From assembly GCF_009914755.1 (NCBI RefSeq), contig NC_060934.1: DNA of 64,000 nucleotides. One strand, written 5' to 3'. The position numbers were made by a program, and so were the translations under genes. This DNA comes from the human T2T-CHM13v2.0 reference genome, Homo sapiens. Numbering within the stretch: position 1 is the stretch's first letter; every line of letters starts with the position of its first letter. The notes below the pieces were generated by a model. That model had not been told where the DNA came from and ran no database searches. It saw only the letters and a list, made by a program, of their open reading frames with translations. Positions 1-17,528 of the stretch are shown here, one piece after another.

Positions 1-1631
1 CTGTGGCTTTGACTTTTAATAGATTATTGCTCTTTCTATTAGCCTGTTTTCTGTTCAGCCTTGGTCCTTTTTGACCTCTTTTTCCTTTCTGTATCTTCTC
101 ATTATACCAACATTCTGCCTGGAATTTTCCACCCATCAGCAGCTTCTCTCTTGAGATGATTATGTAACTGTTTATCTTGGTGACTTATTCCTTTAGTTAC
201 TCTCTAGACAAGATGATTTTCCTAATCTTCTTTACTTCCTAGGGCTCCTGAACCCATATTTTGGATCCCTGTTGCCTTTAAAAGTGATTTATGTCAATCA
301 TTTTAATAGAATTTTGCATTTTTCTATCTTAGCTATTTTTCTTGTGGGAATTTACACTAAGTAAAAATATCATTTGTCCTCAGAAGAGTGACTTTTCTTT
401 CCAGCTTAAGTTTACTAACCTGAAAATGAGCAAGTTAGAATTCATGACCATTAAGTTATCTTCTAGCTGTGAAGCTAGTTTTGTGTTAGTTTAATGATCT
501 TGATGTTTAACAGGCATTGCATAGCACTCAAAAAACATGAAATTTAGTAAATTCCTTCCTCTGTCACTTGTTCATAGTTGGGCATGTGTCCTGTTTTTAA
601 TGTTACACTCCTCACTCTTCTGTCTAAGTATATTTCCAATACTGAAACACCCATTTGGTTGCATATGGCCGTTGAATTTCATGGTAAAAGTCAAATGCCA
701 TCTTGGAGAAATAAAATATATTTCCATTTTAAATCTCCTTTAGTACCTTTCCTCTACTTGGCTTTTAAGATAAGCAACCAAAGCCTAAAATTAATGTGAC
801 TTTGGGGAGGCACTTTTCAAAGCAGGGAAATCAGGTAGTAAAAGCCCATGATTTGGGTTTAACCCATCAAGTCCAGAGCAAGGTGAAGGGTAGGAGCTCT
901 GTACAGTCAGATAACCAGGACCCCTTGTGTGAGGAGCAGGAGTGTGAAAATGGAGAAAAGAAACTGTACTCCTAATTCTCTTGAAGGTCAGTTATGAGTG
1001 TATCTAACAAGGTGCAATTAATGGAATGACATGACTGAAATATTTGATTATACCTCTTTACTGTAGCTCTTCAGTCTGTAATCTCTCTAAAGGAAGAGAA
1101 CTCGTTCTGTTAATGATGTTGGTTTAAATAGATATAGTTAATTTGAAACTTCCAGTCAGATAAGGTGTGATTTGCCCAGGGTTGGTAGATGGAAAATAAT
1201 TTTATGAAGATTCACAAGTCACCTACTATGTGCATAACACCATATAGGACATTCTCAAACTCACTGGAATTTGTTAGTGGGCAGGGACAGGAAGAGGGCA
1301 GGGAGGAAGCACGCCATTCAAATAACAATTACATGACAAAATATGTAAAATCGTTTACAATGTAGAAGATAGAAAGAAATAGGGATCAGTATAATTGGAG
1401 CAGATTAAAAGCCAGCATGGGGGAATTAAGACTTGAAATGGGGCTTTAGGAAGGAGCAGGATTTGGAGTTGAGAAAGAGAAAGTAGGAGCACCATTCTGG
1501 TTTTTGGCTCTGCAGAAATCCTGATTTAGGATCCTTTAATGTGACACTAGGTCCACTGGCAGGTTTGAGGAAATGGAATTTTAATATTAGTTTGCAAAAA
1601 AGATTATAGCAATTGAAAGCTCTTTATATGA

Positions 1632-1754
<123 letters not shown>

Positions 1755-3511
1755 TAGAGTTTTGAGGCAGACAAACGTAATAGCTGATCCTGTTTGACTT
1801 TCCTTTTTATGTGTACTCTATCTCTGTAAGCATTTTGGAATATAACAGAAGAAACTCTCAGTTGTGTTATTTTCATGTGAGAATTTTGCATGTGTGAGGA
1901 GGCACCTGGGAGGTGGTCAATAAATGGGCTGTGAATGAACACGAGTCAATGAAAGAGGGAATGAGTAAACCAGATGATGTAAAGAGAAACTACTTCCAGG
2001 TTTGATTTTTCATTAAATTTAGGTGTTTAGCATGTATCTGTACTAATGATATTTACATTATCTTTTAAAATTATAGTAGAAATATAATATTATCAGAACC
2101 CCTAGCCTTTGTGGGATCAGATTCAGGTCCATTAACCCATATGGCAGGTTCCTGTGTTGAGTCACTCTGCCTGGGGGCTATGCTCAGCTTTAATAAATTC
2201 TTTACATCATTACCTTTGGGAGGTTGCAGATAAACTGCTAAAATAGTTGAGGGAAAAAGTTTTCAAGAGTCATCTTCTCCCCCCATCACTATTAATGATT
2301 TTAATCTTTTAAATTATGTTTATCACTTATGAAGGACCCTTATTTTTGAAGACTCTCTCTACAACTGTTGGGGAAAGCGCTGCTATTTATCTCCAGTTTT
2401 CTAGGGAGTGAAGGGAGGAGAAGTAATTAATATACTATATTAATATTTTCAAATCTTATAATTAAATTTGAGGATTAAAAGCTGGTATGCTGTTTTTATT
2501 TGAATACTTGTTTAATTATTACTTGCAAAACAAGTTAAAATGTAAACTTAATACAAAATATGGACAGAGAATGAAGTATTTTAAGAAACTTAAAAAAATC
2601 CACAATGGATTAAAAAAATTTTTTTACCATGGAGCATATCTTAGAGTAAAAATATAAAGTATAGTCATAGAAGCAAAAACAAAAATTGAATAGGAGAATC
2701 TCAAAGGAGAGTTTCTTTAGAGTTTGTTCTGATATATTACTAGTGTTTTTAAAACTTACCAAAAAATTACAAAAATGAGAAGTTAATAAGAACCTAGTTA
2801 TAATACCAAATATTGCATTTTGTTTGCATATATTAATATAATAATAAATAATATTACATATAATATCATTATATAATTAATATCCTAGCTTTATGGGTTT
2901 TGTATGTTTATTTATTATAACAAGCCATTATTCAATATTTAAATTTCCATTTAGTAAAAACACTTATTAATATGCAGTTACTAGACAGTAATTTTTCTGA
3001 TGTCAGTTTTATTATTAATAAACCTATAGTAGCACAGTAGGGCTTGAAAGTTCTTTCTGGCTTAGCAAACTAATGGATATAATAAACATGAAAAAAGGTT
3101 CACTACAGTTTTTTTCAAGCTGTCATGGAAATACATGTTTGAGATTTTGTTCATATTATATTCATCTCCCTGTAATAAGTATTTTCTAACCTTGAAGAAC
3201 ATATTTTAAATAAGCAGCTTTCTAGTTAATCAAGATATTCCATATCTACCACTCTATGGTATTAATAGCAGATTTCTAAGAATTAGAAAGCAATAAGGTG
3301 AACAAATATAAATATATTCACCATAATGGCATAGAAGTATTTCAGTGTTTTTAGAGCCCAGGAGGCAAGGTTGTTCAAATCAATTATCACTTGAAAAGTG
3401 AAATTCTTGATTGGCATGTTTAAATTAAATTCTATATCAAAAGTAGCATTTGCTGGTTACATAAAGACATCCTCTGCCAGGATGAAGGTAACAAGGGAAT
3501 TAGCGACTGTA

Positions 3512-3643
3512 GTAGGTGACTGTACAACTTATCATACAAACCAGGACACCCTGGAGAGCGAAAGGGGGTGATATTTATTATGATTCTAGGACTACAAGCA
3601 TTAAACAAGAATGTCTAAGGCAAACTGGGACATAGATTCACCT
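3512..3643. mobile_element. hAT-Blackjack MITE (MER94-like)
   Basis: Ends resemble TAGGGTGAC..GTCACCCTA TIRs (taggtgac ... ttcacctg). Internal 'caaaccaggacac...gaaagggggtg' and 'gcaaactgggaca' match the recalled consensus. Confidence 0.65.
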
Positions 3644-3819
3644 GAGCCTATATGGGTAGATATCCTCTGACCACACATGTAAATTCATGAAATAATGTAT
3701 TATCCTGAAAGATAATTTTCCTTAGGAAAAAAATGATGGGGCAAAAGACATTATTTTTACATTCTAGCAAACAAAGTTATATTAGACAACAGAATGAGAA
3801 ATTCGTATGAATGCATTTT

Positions 3820-4700
<881 letters not shown>

Positions 4701-6333
4701 AATGTAAAACTTAGGACTTTACTGTTTCCCTCAGTACTTCAGGCTGTGCTCTCTGATTTCAGCAGTTCATTCTCATGTGATATTAAAAATACTTTCATAG
4801 AAAAGGTTAACAAGCACTGTGTATGATGATGTCCCATCAAACTAACTCTAAGTTGAGAAACTATTCTCTCTTTCTTTATATATAGACATATATATATGCA
4901 CATATATGCAAATGCATAATTTATTATTGTCTTTCAGGTACTTAGAAATGAATTGGTTAATGGTCTTCTTATTTGCCCATAAACTCGCCATCCACGCCAG
5001 AGCCAGAATATTACCAATAGCATGCATTGGCCTCTATCTCTTCCTCTATCCCAACTCCTTGCCTCCTCTCAAGAGTGTCTGTTGCCCGATATGTTGTGTT
5101 TATCATTGCCTTCTTTTTACTTTTTAATCACACTGATATGCTTATAACTAAGCTGTTTCCTGTCATTGCCATTAGTGTCAGGTATTAATAAAGATTTATT
5201 TATGAAGTAGTCACCTTTCCTGGATGACATGGGTGTAAATCTTACCAACTGAATTCTAGTGTGCCCACACATGGATTTTTTAAATGTGTTAAGCCTGATG
5301 TTAAGTGAAGTCAGAAGGTGAGATATCATTCCTAAAAGGGCCTTAGATTTTTCACTTTATATATCATTTTACAGTACTATATTTAAATGACACAATTCTA
5401 CATCTGCCATCATTCTAAAAATATCTTTTATTTTTCTTGTGGGTTGGCATGTACAAAACATAAAATTTTAAAAATGCAAAAAATGGTTCTTAAAATGTAA
5501 AGTTGAATTTCCTTTTTGTGTTTATTGATGTTAATAATTACCATTCACAATCAATCTGCATTTGTACTTACACATTTAGAACTAAATTGGGAAGTAATCA
5601 ATGCAATAATTTCTCTATCTAATACAATCTTATAAAATTACAAAAACAAATTCCTCTTTTTTCCTTGACTCTCAATTACATCTTTCGATTACTGACATGT
5701 TTTTAAACTGGTTGCAGTTTTACAATTTAGGGTGGCCTCAGATAGGCTGTTGGTAAAACCACATCAAGGTTTATTTTTATTTAGTTTTCTTTTATTAGTG
5801 GCTTAAACCTTTTGCATTCCTCCAAACTTGTCTTATTCCTCCCTTAGGTAGCCTTGCCTTCTAGTTGCCAGTAGAGACCAAGGCCATCTAACTAGACAGC
5901 CCTCAAGCATATTTACCTTTATTTCCTCCACTTTTAATTCTTCAAAAACATAGCCTTCATCTTTGCCCATTCCCTCAATAGACATTTATTGAGTGACTAC
6001 CACTGCCCAATCTTTAGCTGTGCATTTGATCCCATCCCTTTCCATTTGGGACACGATTTCTTTCCTCTTTTTGTTCCATATTTTCAAAAATATTTTTCAT
6101 AGGCTTCTTCTCTTATATTTTAAACCTCCTAAGGTATTATCTGTTCCCAGAACAAAAATACTACTACCAATAATAATTTGATCTTTTATTCTCCTCCTAA
6201 GTTACTGCCTTCGTCTTTACTTATAGCTATCAAACTTCACCAGTTTAAATACTTAATGCTTTGTTCTAAGTATTTTATTACATGCTTGTTAAAGTCACAA
6301 ATTTTGCCTTTTGATGGTGTGGTTTTCTACTAG

Positions 6334-6489
<156 letters not shown>

Positions 6490-8766
6490 TAACATTGGAT
6501 CCAGTATCTGCAGCCCGATTTACTTCCTCCAGCCACCAAGTGTTCATCATGCTCTTCATGGAGACGTTCAGATATATTCCCACAAGTTGGGAGCAGAAGA
6601 TCCTGGAATATTATTCTGCTTCTTCTGAGACATTGTATTTGTTCAGTAGTTGCATTTCCCTGGTCTAAGTAAAAGAGCTTTCTCTTGATAATCAGTGTGT
6701 CTTTCTCTCTTTTGCTAGGATTTGATTTCAGAAAATAGCAGTTCCTCCCACCCTTTATCCATTCCCCAATGAGTCAGTGAGGCATCAGAGTCCATAGCCT
6801 GTGCAAGTGTTTTGCTTTGCTTTACCTACCAATCTAGTAATTTTTTACTACTTGCTAAGATTTCCCTTTGTTCAGAACTTTAAAATAATATTATTAAGAA
6901 AATTATATATAAAATTTATCCAGAAAATAATGGTTTTAAACATGTTAGTATTTTGAATATGTTAATATAAAACAATAAATTTAGAAGAATAACCTCTTTT
7001 GGTGCCATGAAAGCACTTGACTATTTATGTGGCCCCCCACTCCTTCATGTGTGTTTCAACAGATTTTCCCCTACTATCCTATAAACTAATTTCTTTAAAC
7101 ACTATTTTCTATGAGTGGCGGTTAGTCCCTTGATGTTTCAGATAACTAATGTGAAAAGACTGCCTATATTTATTAAAGGTGTTATTTTTAAATATCTTTT
7201 TAAGGATTTTGCCTTAATTATAATGCAGTGCACAGCCAGAGCCTGTGGTGACCGGGTTCCAAAACATTAGAATATTTGGCATCTAACTAAATTATTATAA
7301 GACTAAAACATTTGAATTCATTTTTAATTTTGCCTTTGAATTTCTTGTCCTATCTAGATGTTCCAAATTATAATACCTTGGCTATATATCATCCTTTACA
7401 TACTGCTTATTTTGTTAAGTGGAGAAACAACATTATGGAAAAGAATGGAAAACCTCTATACTAAATCCAAGACATTTCATTAATTTTGAAGAAAGCAGGA
7501 AAAAAATCTGTAGTTTCTAATTCCTATTGTCATTCAGTATGTAAGGTGAAGTTCTGTACTGCCTTAGCTGTTTTAATTGTGGATTAAACCATCATATTTA
7601 GTCTGATGTTATTACTCTTGATGATAATGCCACATGAAGGAAGGATGACACTGTTGATAGATATTGTACCTAGGTAACAGGCAATGTGCAAAGTAATTCT
7701 AGAAACTGCATCATCTTAGTTATTTCTTAATTATGTCTACCAGCAGTGGAATTCCAAGAATACTGACTATGGTAATATGGAGAAAAAGGGAATCTGAAAA
7801 GCTACCCAGTTCTGAGTGTTCTGAAATAATCCAAACTTTGTTATTCAAAGCAAGCCAATAAATCTCATAAAAGGAAATTTTCAGGAGGACAAGAAACAAA
7901 ACAACATTTCTGGAGAAAAGAATTACTTCTTTTAATGTGCAAATTAGCAATCTTCAAATTGTCCTAAGGATTGTGAAATGAGCTTAGTCCTGATCTGGGG
8001 TAGATGAGTAGCTGCACTTTTCTTTAATGAGCCTGTACAAACTGTACATTAATTTCATTATAAGCTATTTAAGGAGTAATGCAGAACTGAAGACAAAGTA
8101 TTTCCATTTCACTAATGAAAACAAAGAGCTGTTAGAATTAACATAAAGCAGCACTTCAGCAAATTCAACTATCATGGTTGATCAATGTTGCTTGATTACA
8201 GAGTTAGATCAGCCTCATTTTCAAATGATGTTCCTTTGTATTCAACGAATGTGCCAAAAAATATATTTGTTCAGCTTAAACTGAAAGGAATTAATAAAAT
8301 TGTTAAAGTTGTATTCACAGCTTTATCGCTAATAGTATTTTTCAGTTCCTTGACACTTTGTAACATGTTTCCTGCCGTGTGTCCAGTAACAACAGAACAA
8401 CAACTCATAAGGGCATTCTACTGTGCGACTCCCTGGCACACCTTCCTCCATATTCCAAACAGGCCACTTCTGTGTTCCCTGGATGTTCCTCAGAGACTTC
8501 ATTGGGACTCATAGGAAAAAAATACCTTTCCCCAGTATCTATTGTTTCTATTCAGTTAAGTATTGATGTTTCCCCCTAGAGCTAAGTAAAAGCAAGAAGA
8601 CTCTTTAAAAGAAAAAATAATAACAGTTGGAAAAATCAGGTCATATGTTAAGTGCTTACAGAGAAACAAAGACCGTGTCATTTTGTATAAAGAAAGATGA
8701 GTAATGATTTATCTGTCTTGGAATTGGGAAAAGATGGAATCCTTGATTACAACTGGCAGAACCTAG

Positions 8767-8919
<153 letters not shown>

Positions 8920-9169
8920 TGAGTAAAAACAGTCTTTTAAAAAACCAAAGATATTCCCTCCTGCTATAACTAAATCTCCTCCTATTTCTTCTTATCTGTT
9001 AAACAGCCCCAGAGATTTCTATTATTTTCTTCAAAGGAAGCATCTATAGTGTCTTTTAAATGTTGGGTGAATTTATCATTGCTCAGATAATGGCCTTAGG
9101 GTCATGTTTATTCACTGATCAATAGCTATGCTTCTGTGGACCCTTTATAATCAATGGTCATGTTCTTCT

Positions 9170-9560
9170 GTTCGCCTGTGTTTTGCCTATGGGTGTCATT
9201 TCATATGAGATGGGTCTCTTAGCATACCATTAGGTTTCGCTTCTTTATCCATCTTTATCCTCTGTGCCTTTTAATTGGGGCATTTAGCCTGTTTACATTC
9301 AATGTTAGTATTGGCATGTGTGGATTTGATTCTGTCATCATGTTGTTAGCTGGTTGTTATACAGACTTGTTTGTGTGGCTGCTTATGGTGTCACTGGTCT
9401 GTGTACCTAAGTGTGTTTTTGTAGTGGCCAGTAATGGTCTTTCCTTTCCATATTTAGCACTCCCTTCAGGACCTGTTATAAGGCAGGCCTGGTTGTAGTA
9501 AATTCCCTTAGCATTTGCTTGTCTGAAAAGGATCATATTTCTCCTTTGCTTATGGAGTTG
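9170..9560 (-). mobile_element. L1 fragment (ORF1/ORF2 junction region)
   Basis: ttaattggggcatttagcctgtttacattc ... aaattcccttagcatttgcttgtctgaaaaggat is antisense primate L1 sequence. Confidence 0.8.
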
Positions 9561-10199
9561 TAGATGCTTCCACACAGATCCTCAATGGAACTTAGTGTCT
9601 GACGTATTTCTTGCAGTTTCCCCTCTGAGAAACATTTCCTGGTTTCTGCCAAGCAGTTAGTATTCTGTCCTGGTTGCTATTGATTTGGTTTGTCTTCCTC
9701 TAGTAACATTGCCAGTTGTATTTAGCTTACCTGTTTTGACATCTTTCTCTATAACTAGACAGTAAGCAACTCTAGGGCACTGAATGTGCCTTACTTGTCA
9801 CTGTAACTCCAGTGTCTAGCAGAGTAACTCCAGTGTCTAGCAGAGTGCCTAGTACACATTAAAGATTTGATAAAGTTTTGCGTGAATAAAATAATTTCAT
9901 ATGTGCCTCTTCTGAATACATAGATACAATTACTACAGATGTCAGAAATTAATGCATTCTGTTAAATTAACGGAAAACTAAGAGCACTTGTTCTTATTTT
10001 TTAGACACTGGCATTCTTATTCCTTAGCATATTTTAGCATTCCGGGGAAATATATTTTTGGTTAAGCTCAATGAAATAAATTGCCTAATTATCATAATAC
10101 CGATTAGAAATGGCGCTACTCAAGCCAAGGCATGAGTTTCATCTTTTTATGCTTTTTTCTTTTTTTTTTAATATCCCCAAATGACAGCCCAGTTTTCTC

Positions 10200-10720
10200 A
10201 TAATCGTAGACTCTGTGAATTGCAGGGTTAAAGGGGTCTTGGAAAGTTGTACAGCCCAAGTTTATATCCAGAGGTTAAATCCTTCTCAAACATGTGCACT
10301 CAGTGGCTGTCCAATCTATACTTAAATATCTCCAATCAAAATAGTATTTCCTAATGCAGCTTATTCTACTTTGATAAGCCTCACTCTTGAAAAGTTCTTC
10401 CTTAGACTGATCTGAAAGCTGTTTCTCTCTTGATTCCACCAACCAATTCTAGTTCTCTTACCCCTTGTGACCACTGAAAACTACTTGAATCCTTCTTTTA
10501 CATATTCAAAGTCAGCTGTCACAGCTGGTTAAACTTTCTACATTTGTTCAAATGCTCCTCCTGTGCTGTTGTTTCAGGTGCTCTCACTAGTCCTATCCTT
10601 TCTCATGAATATGCTCTGGTTGAACCTATCAAGAGGTACAACAGGCATTAGTATATCTGCTGTATGACCTCAAAAAATACATATTGACATGGAATTTAAA
10701 CATCCTTAGCTGAGTGGCCT
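10200..10720. mobile_element. Ancient CR1/L3-like fragment
   Basis: Degenerate L3 motifs (ctgtccaatctatacttaaatatctcca, gaaaagttcttcctta, ttctagttctcttaccc). Boundaries are approximate. Confidence 0.5.
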
Positions 10721-11202
10721 TCTCAAATGGGTTAGCAGTTTTATCACATAGAAAGAAACAGATCAATTGAGAAGCCTTTAAAAGCATTTGTGAAGGGAAA
10801 CTGCATTGTTTGTTTTAATTTTAGATAAGCATTAGAACTATAATGACTTCATTGTCATTTATCTGCAGCTACTGACTTGTAAAGGAGACTTTGCAGTGGA
10901 GACATTTTAATTATCACTATGCAATAATCCTTACTGGGAGACGACAGAAGTGGTATTTAGTTGAGACAGAAGTGGTATTTAGTTGAAAGTTGGTATCACT
11001 GCAGCTTAATCACTCACAGATGTGTGCACTTTCACAAACATTTGTTTCATCATATTGCAGTTAGCTATTTTTGAGAGATTAAAAATTGCAATTAATATAT
11101 TTTAAGCTTGGGCTGAGCATTTATGAGGAGCATCACTCTCGTGTGTTAGATTAATTTTTAGGAATATGAATAATAGTTTCAAAACTCTAACTTATCTAAT
11201 AA

Positions 11203-11385
<183 letters not shown>

Positions 11386-11473
11386 TAATCAAATAATATC
11401 TTGATTCCAAAATCCAGAGATTATTGAAAGATTTTGAACAGTTTAACAATGTATTAGTTTTTAAGGTGAATAA

Positions 11474-11835
<362 letters not shown>

Positions 11836-12091
11836 CAGGCTGCACTTTTTAAACAACTTTGTAAGAACAAAGAATGTAAACTTCAAAAGATCATTTTTGT
11901 ATTGGTATATGTTTTCTTGTATTTTCTGCTTTTCTATAAAGTAAGATATCTTAGATTTGGGATTTAAAAAAACCATAAAACTTGAAAGACCTTTTGACAC
12001 TATTATTTGTTCATTTTCCCTGGTTAAATTATATTTAAAGATCATTTTAAATATCTTCGTACATCCTATTGGGATTTTAAATAGTATATAA

Positions 12092-12495
<404 letters not shown>

Positions 12496-12944
12496 AAACA
12501 TTTTAAAACATTTTTAAAACAAAATTGGAATAGTATTATATGTGTCCCAGAGACTGTCTTCTTTCACTGAATAGTGAATATCCATATAATTAAACATTCT
12601 TCTAACACAACATTTTAATGGCTAGATAGCATTCCCTTGCCTGACAATTTAATGATTAATTTAAATAATCCCATACATTTTGGTAGTTACTAATTGTTTT
12701 TACTCTCTCAAGTAACTGTGTAATGAACAGTTGTACATTAATCTCTTACTGTTTTCTTAAGATAAATTTCTATAGATAGTACTATTAAGTCAAAAAATTA
12801 TTAAAGTTAAATTTATAATTTCACTTTATTCTTGAGAATCCTATTTGTTTCATCCCAGAAACATATCACTATTTAGGGAGTTGGAAGAAGTGAATAAGAC
12901 ATTACTTATTTGAATTCCTGTTGTGAATATACACATTTAATTCC

Positions 12945-13165
12945 CATTTGTTTAATGCCTACTATGTGCCAGATTTTGTATTAGGACTTCATTATGTTAT
13001 CTCATGTGATTTTACAACAAGTCTGAGGAAAATATTTTATGATAACCCATTTTCATAGCTGAAAAGAACTGAAGTTTGCAGAGGTTAATTAACTTGCACA
13101 AGGCTGCACAGGAAATAAATGACTTAGCAAGGATTCAAATTCTGATCTTAAAGCCCAAGCTTTAA
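12945..13165 (-). mobile_element. MIR
   Basis: tgcctactatgtgccag ... ccattttcatagctgaaaagaactgaagtttgcagaggttaattaacttgcacaagg (MIR core). Confidence 0.75.
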
Positions 13166-13476
13166 TTCACAGGAGTAAATGGACTAATGATTGTGGATGA
13201 TCTTGGGAGATAATAATCCTTGCCTGTTTGAGTTTACAGCCTTGCTGCAGAGACAGACCTGATATACCTTTAATGAGGAAGAATTAAGTGACAAAAGAAA
13301 GAAGCAGATATGTAGTTTATAATGAGGAGATAGTCATGGGTCATCCATGCCCATCTTTTTATCTTTGTGTAAATGTAGTTTCATAATCTGCTGCAACCTC
13401 ATTCTTCCCGAAACAGACAACCAATAATCAAAATAAACAGAAATTGAAGTGTATTCACATTGTGTAGGATGTTCAA

Positions 13477-13968
13477 TGTCAAGAACTGTGAAGGATATGA
13501 GATATTACCCTACCTGCAAGCTCACAATTTGGCTTGCCACAGTTTCATGAATGCTGGTAGAAGACACAAGATTCATGGATGAGAGACAAAGGACTTTACT
13601 ACTCATTGCCGAGCTGACAGCATGAGTTTATGTTCACATTGGTTCTCCTTGCCCCCTAGAGTCCTAGGGGAAATGTGGAATAGGTGGATGTTGTGTCCAC
13701 ACTTGGCTTGCCTCATAACTGGGAAATCCTGAACTTGGGAAACTCCAATCTTTTAAATAGGGGCTGCTTGCATGCTTGCCCAAATTTTGCCTTGGAGGAA
13801 ACATTATCTTTACCATCCTGGACACCAGATAAGATTTCCATCTGTCCTAGTATTTTTAATTTCCAAGGCTGTTTGCTATACAAACATTATTGAAAATATA
13901 GTCTGGAACAAAAGCTAATATAAGACATGCAGAAATTTGAGAGACCCATAAATAATTGTCTCTCAATG
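13477..13968 (-). mobile_element. ERVL solo LTR (LTR40-like)
   Basis: Begins TGTCAAGAACTGTGAAGG..TTACCCTAC.TGCAAGCT, matching the recalled LTR40 end. Flanked by the direct repeat ttcaa (13472-13476 / 13969-13973). Confidence 0.7.
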
Positions 13969-16510
13969 TTCAAACATCGTGAGAATGGTTGCACTACACA
14001 GTATTTAGATTCTCATGCTTGTGCTGTAAGTTTCAGTGATTATTGGGCACAGTGTTATGCTCAACACTTTCTGATTCTGAGACACAAGATGTAGTCTTGT
14101 TTATCCTGTTAAAAATTCAGAATATGCTTTCAGTATGAGAATTCATGATGTACTCAGTTATGGAAATTTTTCAGTTGTTCTTTTAAATATTGATCCTCTC
14201 TCATTCTTTTCACTTTTTATTTCTGAGACATAAATGTTGGAACCTCGTATTTTACCTCACATGTCTTGCAATTTCTCTGTCATGTTTGTCACCCATTTAT
14301 CAATCTCTGCTATATTCTGAATGAATTCTTCAAAATTGTTTCCCAATTCACTAATTTTCTCATAGAACTGGGCCTAGTCTAGATATCTTATATACCAATA
14401 TTTTTTTCGTGCTGATATCTATTATACATCAACATCTATAGTTTTCATTTATATAATTTCTTACTTGGTGAGTGGTTTTTTGTTAATCACTCTTTTCATA
14501 TCTGACTTTTTATGTCTGGCTATTCATTTTTTCTTTTGGGGGAATGTAATTCCGCTTTTTTTCTCTTTGATCTTAAACATACTTTTTAACAGTAACTCTC
14601 AGATTTGCATTTCAACACAGGTGAATTGTCCTGATTATTGAGTTCATTTGTTTATTTAATATTTGGTTTCCTTAGTCTAGGGTTCAGAATTTTAGTTTGC
14701 CTTCTCATCTTGAGTGGGAGGTTTTTTATTTTGGTTTTTCTTTCCTTCTGCATTCTATTTGGAGGGTTTTGCCTTTGCCATTATCTGGTTTCAAGATTCC
14801 CCAGGGCCCATTGTGATTTGAAGGAAATTGCAGATCTAGTTGCTGAGCCAGTGGGAAGTAGATCTTATGTCTCTCCATCCTGCCATCTCAAGCACCTGGC
14901 TCCATATAAAAGGAAGAAGCGGCAGTTTTTTCAATCTTTTTCCCAGGCAAGGGACCCCACACTCAGCCCCATTCTTCCCACCACACCTCGGTCAAGGCCT
15001 TCATTGTGAATGTGTGTTTCAGTTCCTTTACTCTCCAGGCCTCTTTTTCCCGTTTTTGGTGCCAGACTTTGAATCAGCCTATAGTTTCTGCCCTCTTACC
15101 TGGTGCTTTTGTTTGCCCTGTTAGGTCGTCTCTAATGCTCATCTTGTTTTAGAAAATATCTTTGTCTTTTTTACTTTATTTTTTTAATGTGTAAGAAATA
15201 TTTTATTTTTTATAAACGTATGTTTGGAAGAGGTGGGAGTTGAACTTGAATCTTTACCCACAACACTCTCTTGACCATGGATCTTAGTTCAAAGGAGGAG
15301 GGAAGATTATCCTGCCCTCAGCATTCATATTCACACTAGTCCCAAAGTGTGAGACATACTCAGGCAAAAGAAAACAGGCTTGGTTATGCCACTGGCAACA
15401 CATTAAACAAAAGCTGTCTTCTTGAAGATCACGAAAAATAACTTGATTTGTCACAGTTTCTGATGTTGGTAAAATGGATCAAAAAATCTGATTGTATTAA
15501 ATCAACATAGCTAACTCAAAGCTGACATTTTTCTTTTTGTACATGATGTCATCCTTTAGAACTGAAGGTATGTGCTTGGCAGTATAATTTTTTAAAAATT
15601 AAAGATTCAGCTTTAAAGAAAATGGTCCTAATATAAATTGAATACAAACTGAATATAAACTTCCTTGTTGAGGAAAAGTGGAGTGTTGGGAGATACTATG
15701 GAATGGATATGAGAACTTTCTATTTTAAGTCAAGACCTGAATATAAAACACATCACTTTTCTAACTTATTCAACTATTCTGAAGAATTAAGACCATGTTA
15801 TAATACACTCCTCAAAAAACGGGAAAGCATTTTTCACACGAGTTAAAATTGACAATGTTAGAAGGCAGACTAAATTGGGAGAAACTCTAGTTATAAAATA
15901 TTTTGAAAGAAAATTTTTCTTATGAATCCAGTATTTTTAAACAGTTGACTATCTGATTTAATGGGAATAGATAAAAGTCATTTGTAACTGAAATGTGCTA
16001 ATTCAGAATTCTTGAGTAAAACAATACAAGCCCACTTAAAAAGTAAAGCAGTTTAGCAGACAACATTGGATGGCTCAGAGAATGGAGAGGATGGGAGAGA
16101 GCCAGGTTTAGTCATGAAAGCCGGTGGCTTCAACTGTCCTTCCTCAAGAATCACCAGCTAAAAGGCTGCCACTGAAAACCACCCACCTTTCTCTAACATT
16201 GCCTGCAGTGACACTAGTTTCTTGAATGCTACAACCCACTCAAAATATTCGTAAACTGACTTTGAGCTTTATGTTGCTTCCTTGAGGTTCTAAGTTCCAT
16301 ACTGGACCATCTGATCGCCCACGTGTAGGTCACAGGCCCACACTGTAGGTGAAAGTAGGTGGTGAAAGACACTTGGTCTCAGCTCACTTCCAGTTTCTAT
16401 GTGAGAGGCAGAGTCCTACCTGCTAACCATTTTGAAATTTCTTCCCCACAGCAGAAGGGTATTTTTGAGCTGCTGAAGCAACAGGTGGATAGCCATTATA
16501 TGGAATATTT

Positions 16511-16650
16511 TTTATTCTATTTCATTTTATTTTAGAGACAGGGTCTCACTGTTGCTCAGGCTGGCCTCAAAATTCTGGGCTCAAGTGATCCTCCTGCATC
16601 AGCCTCCTGAGTAGCTGAGCTTACTTGCACAAGCCACCACATCTACCTCC
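16511..16650 (-). mobile_element. Free Alu monomer (FLAM/FAM-like)
   Basis: Single-arm Alu sequence flanked by the 12-nt TSD tatggaatattt. Confidence 0.8.
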
Positions 16651-17185
16651 TGTATGGAATATTTAACACTTCCTACAGTTCTTTATTTTATATATCTTGA
16701 ACATTTGCCTAAAAAATTATTTAAGCTATGATTGTCATTCCTCATAAATAAAGAAAATATCTAATCCAGCATCTACTTAAATAACAAATTCCAAATTAAA
16801 ACTTCCTTTTTTTGAAAGTCATATTATTAACATGTTAACATCTTAAATTTCTTTTGTGTTTTATATACAATGCAAAATAACTTTAATATTTTACTTGATG
16901 CTCTCAATATGCCAGTGGCAATTACCTTTGATATTTATAGATTGTTATATTTTGCATATAATTTCATAGAAATAAAAAGGATTTAGTAACTCCTTTTTCT
17001 TACTAATTTTGGTTTCTTAGACCAAACATACTGGCTGTATTTGTGGTGCTGTTGCAACTAGTCCACTTGTCCCAGCATCTATGGTTTTCAGGCCAGAATA
17101 TAAGGCATATTTGAGACATATGTGGAAGGATTAACAAAAGAAAGACAAACTAAAAATTGACCATCCAATCAGTGTTAAAAGTACC

Positions 17186-17528
<343 letters not shown>

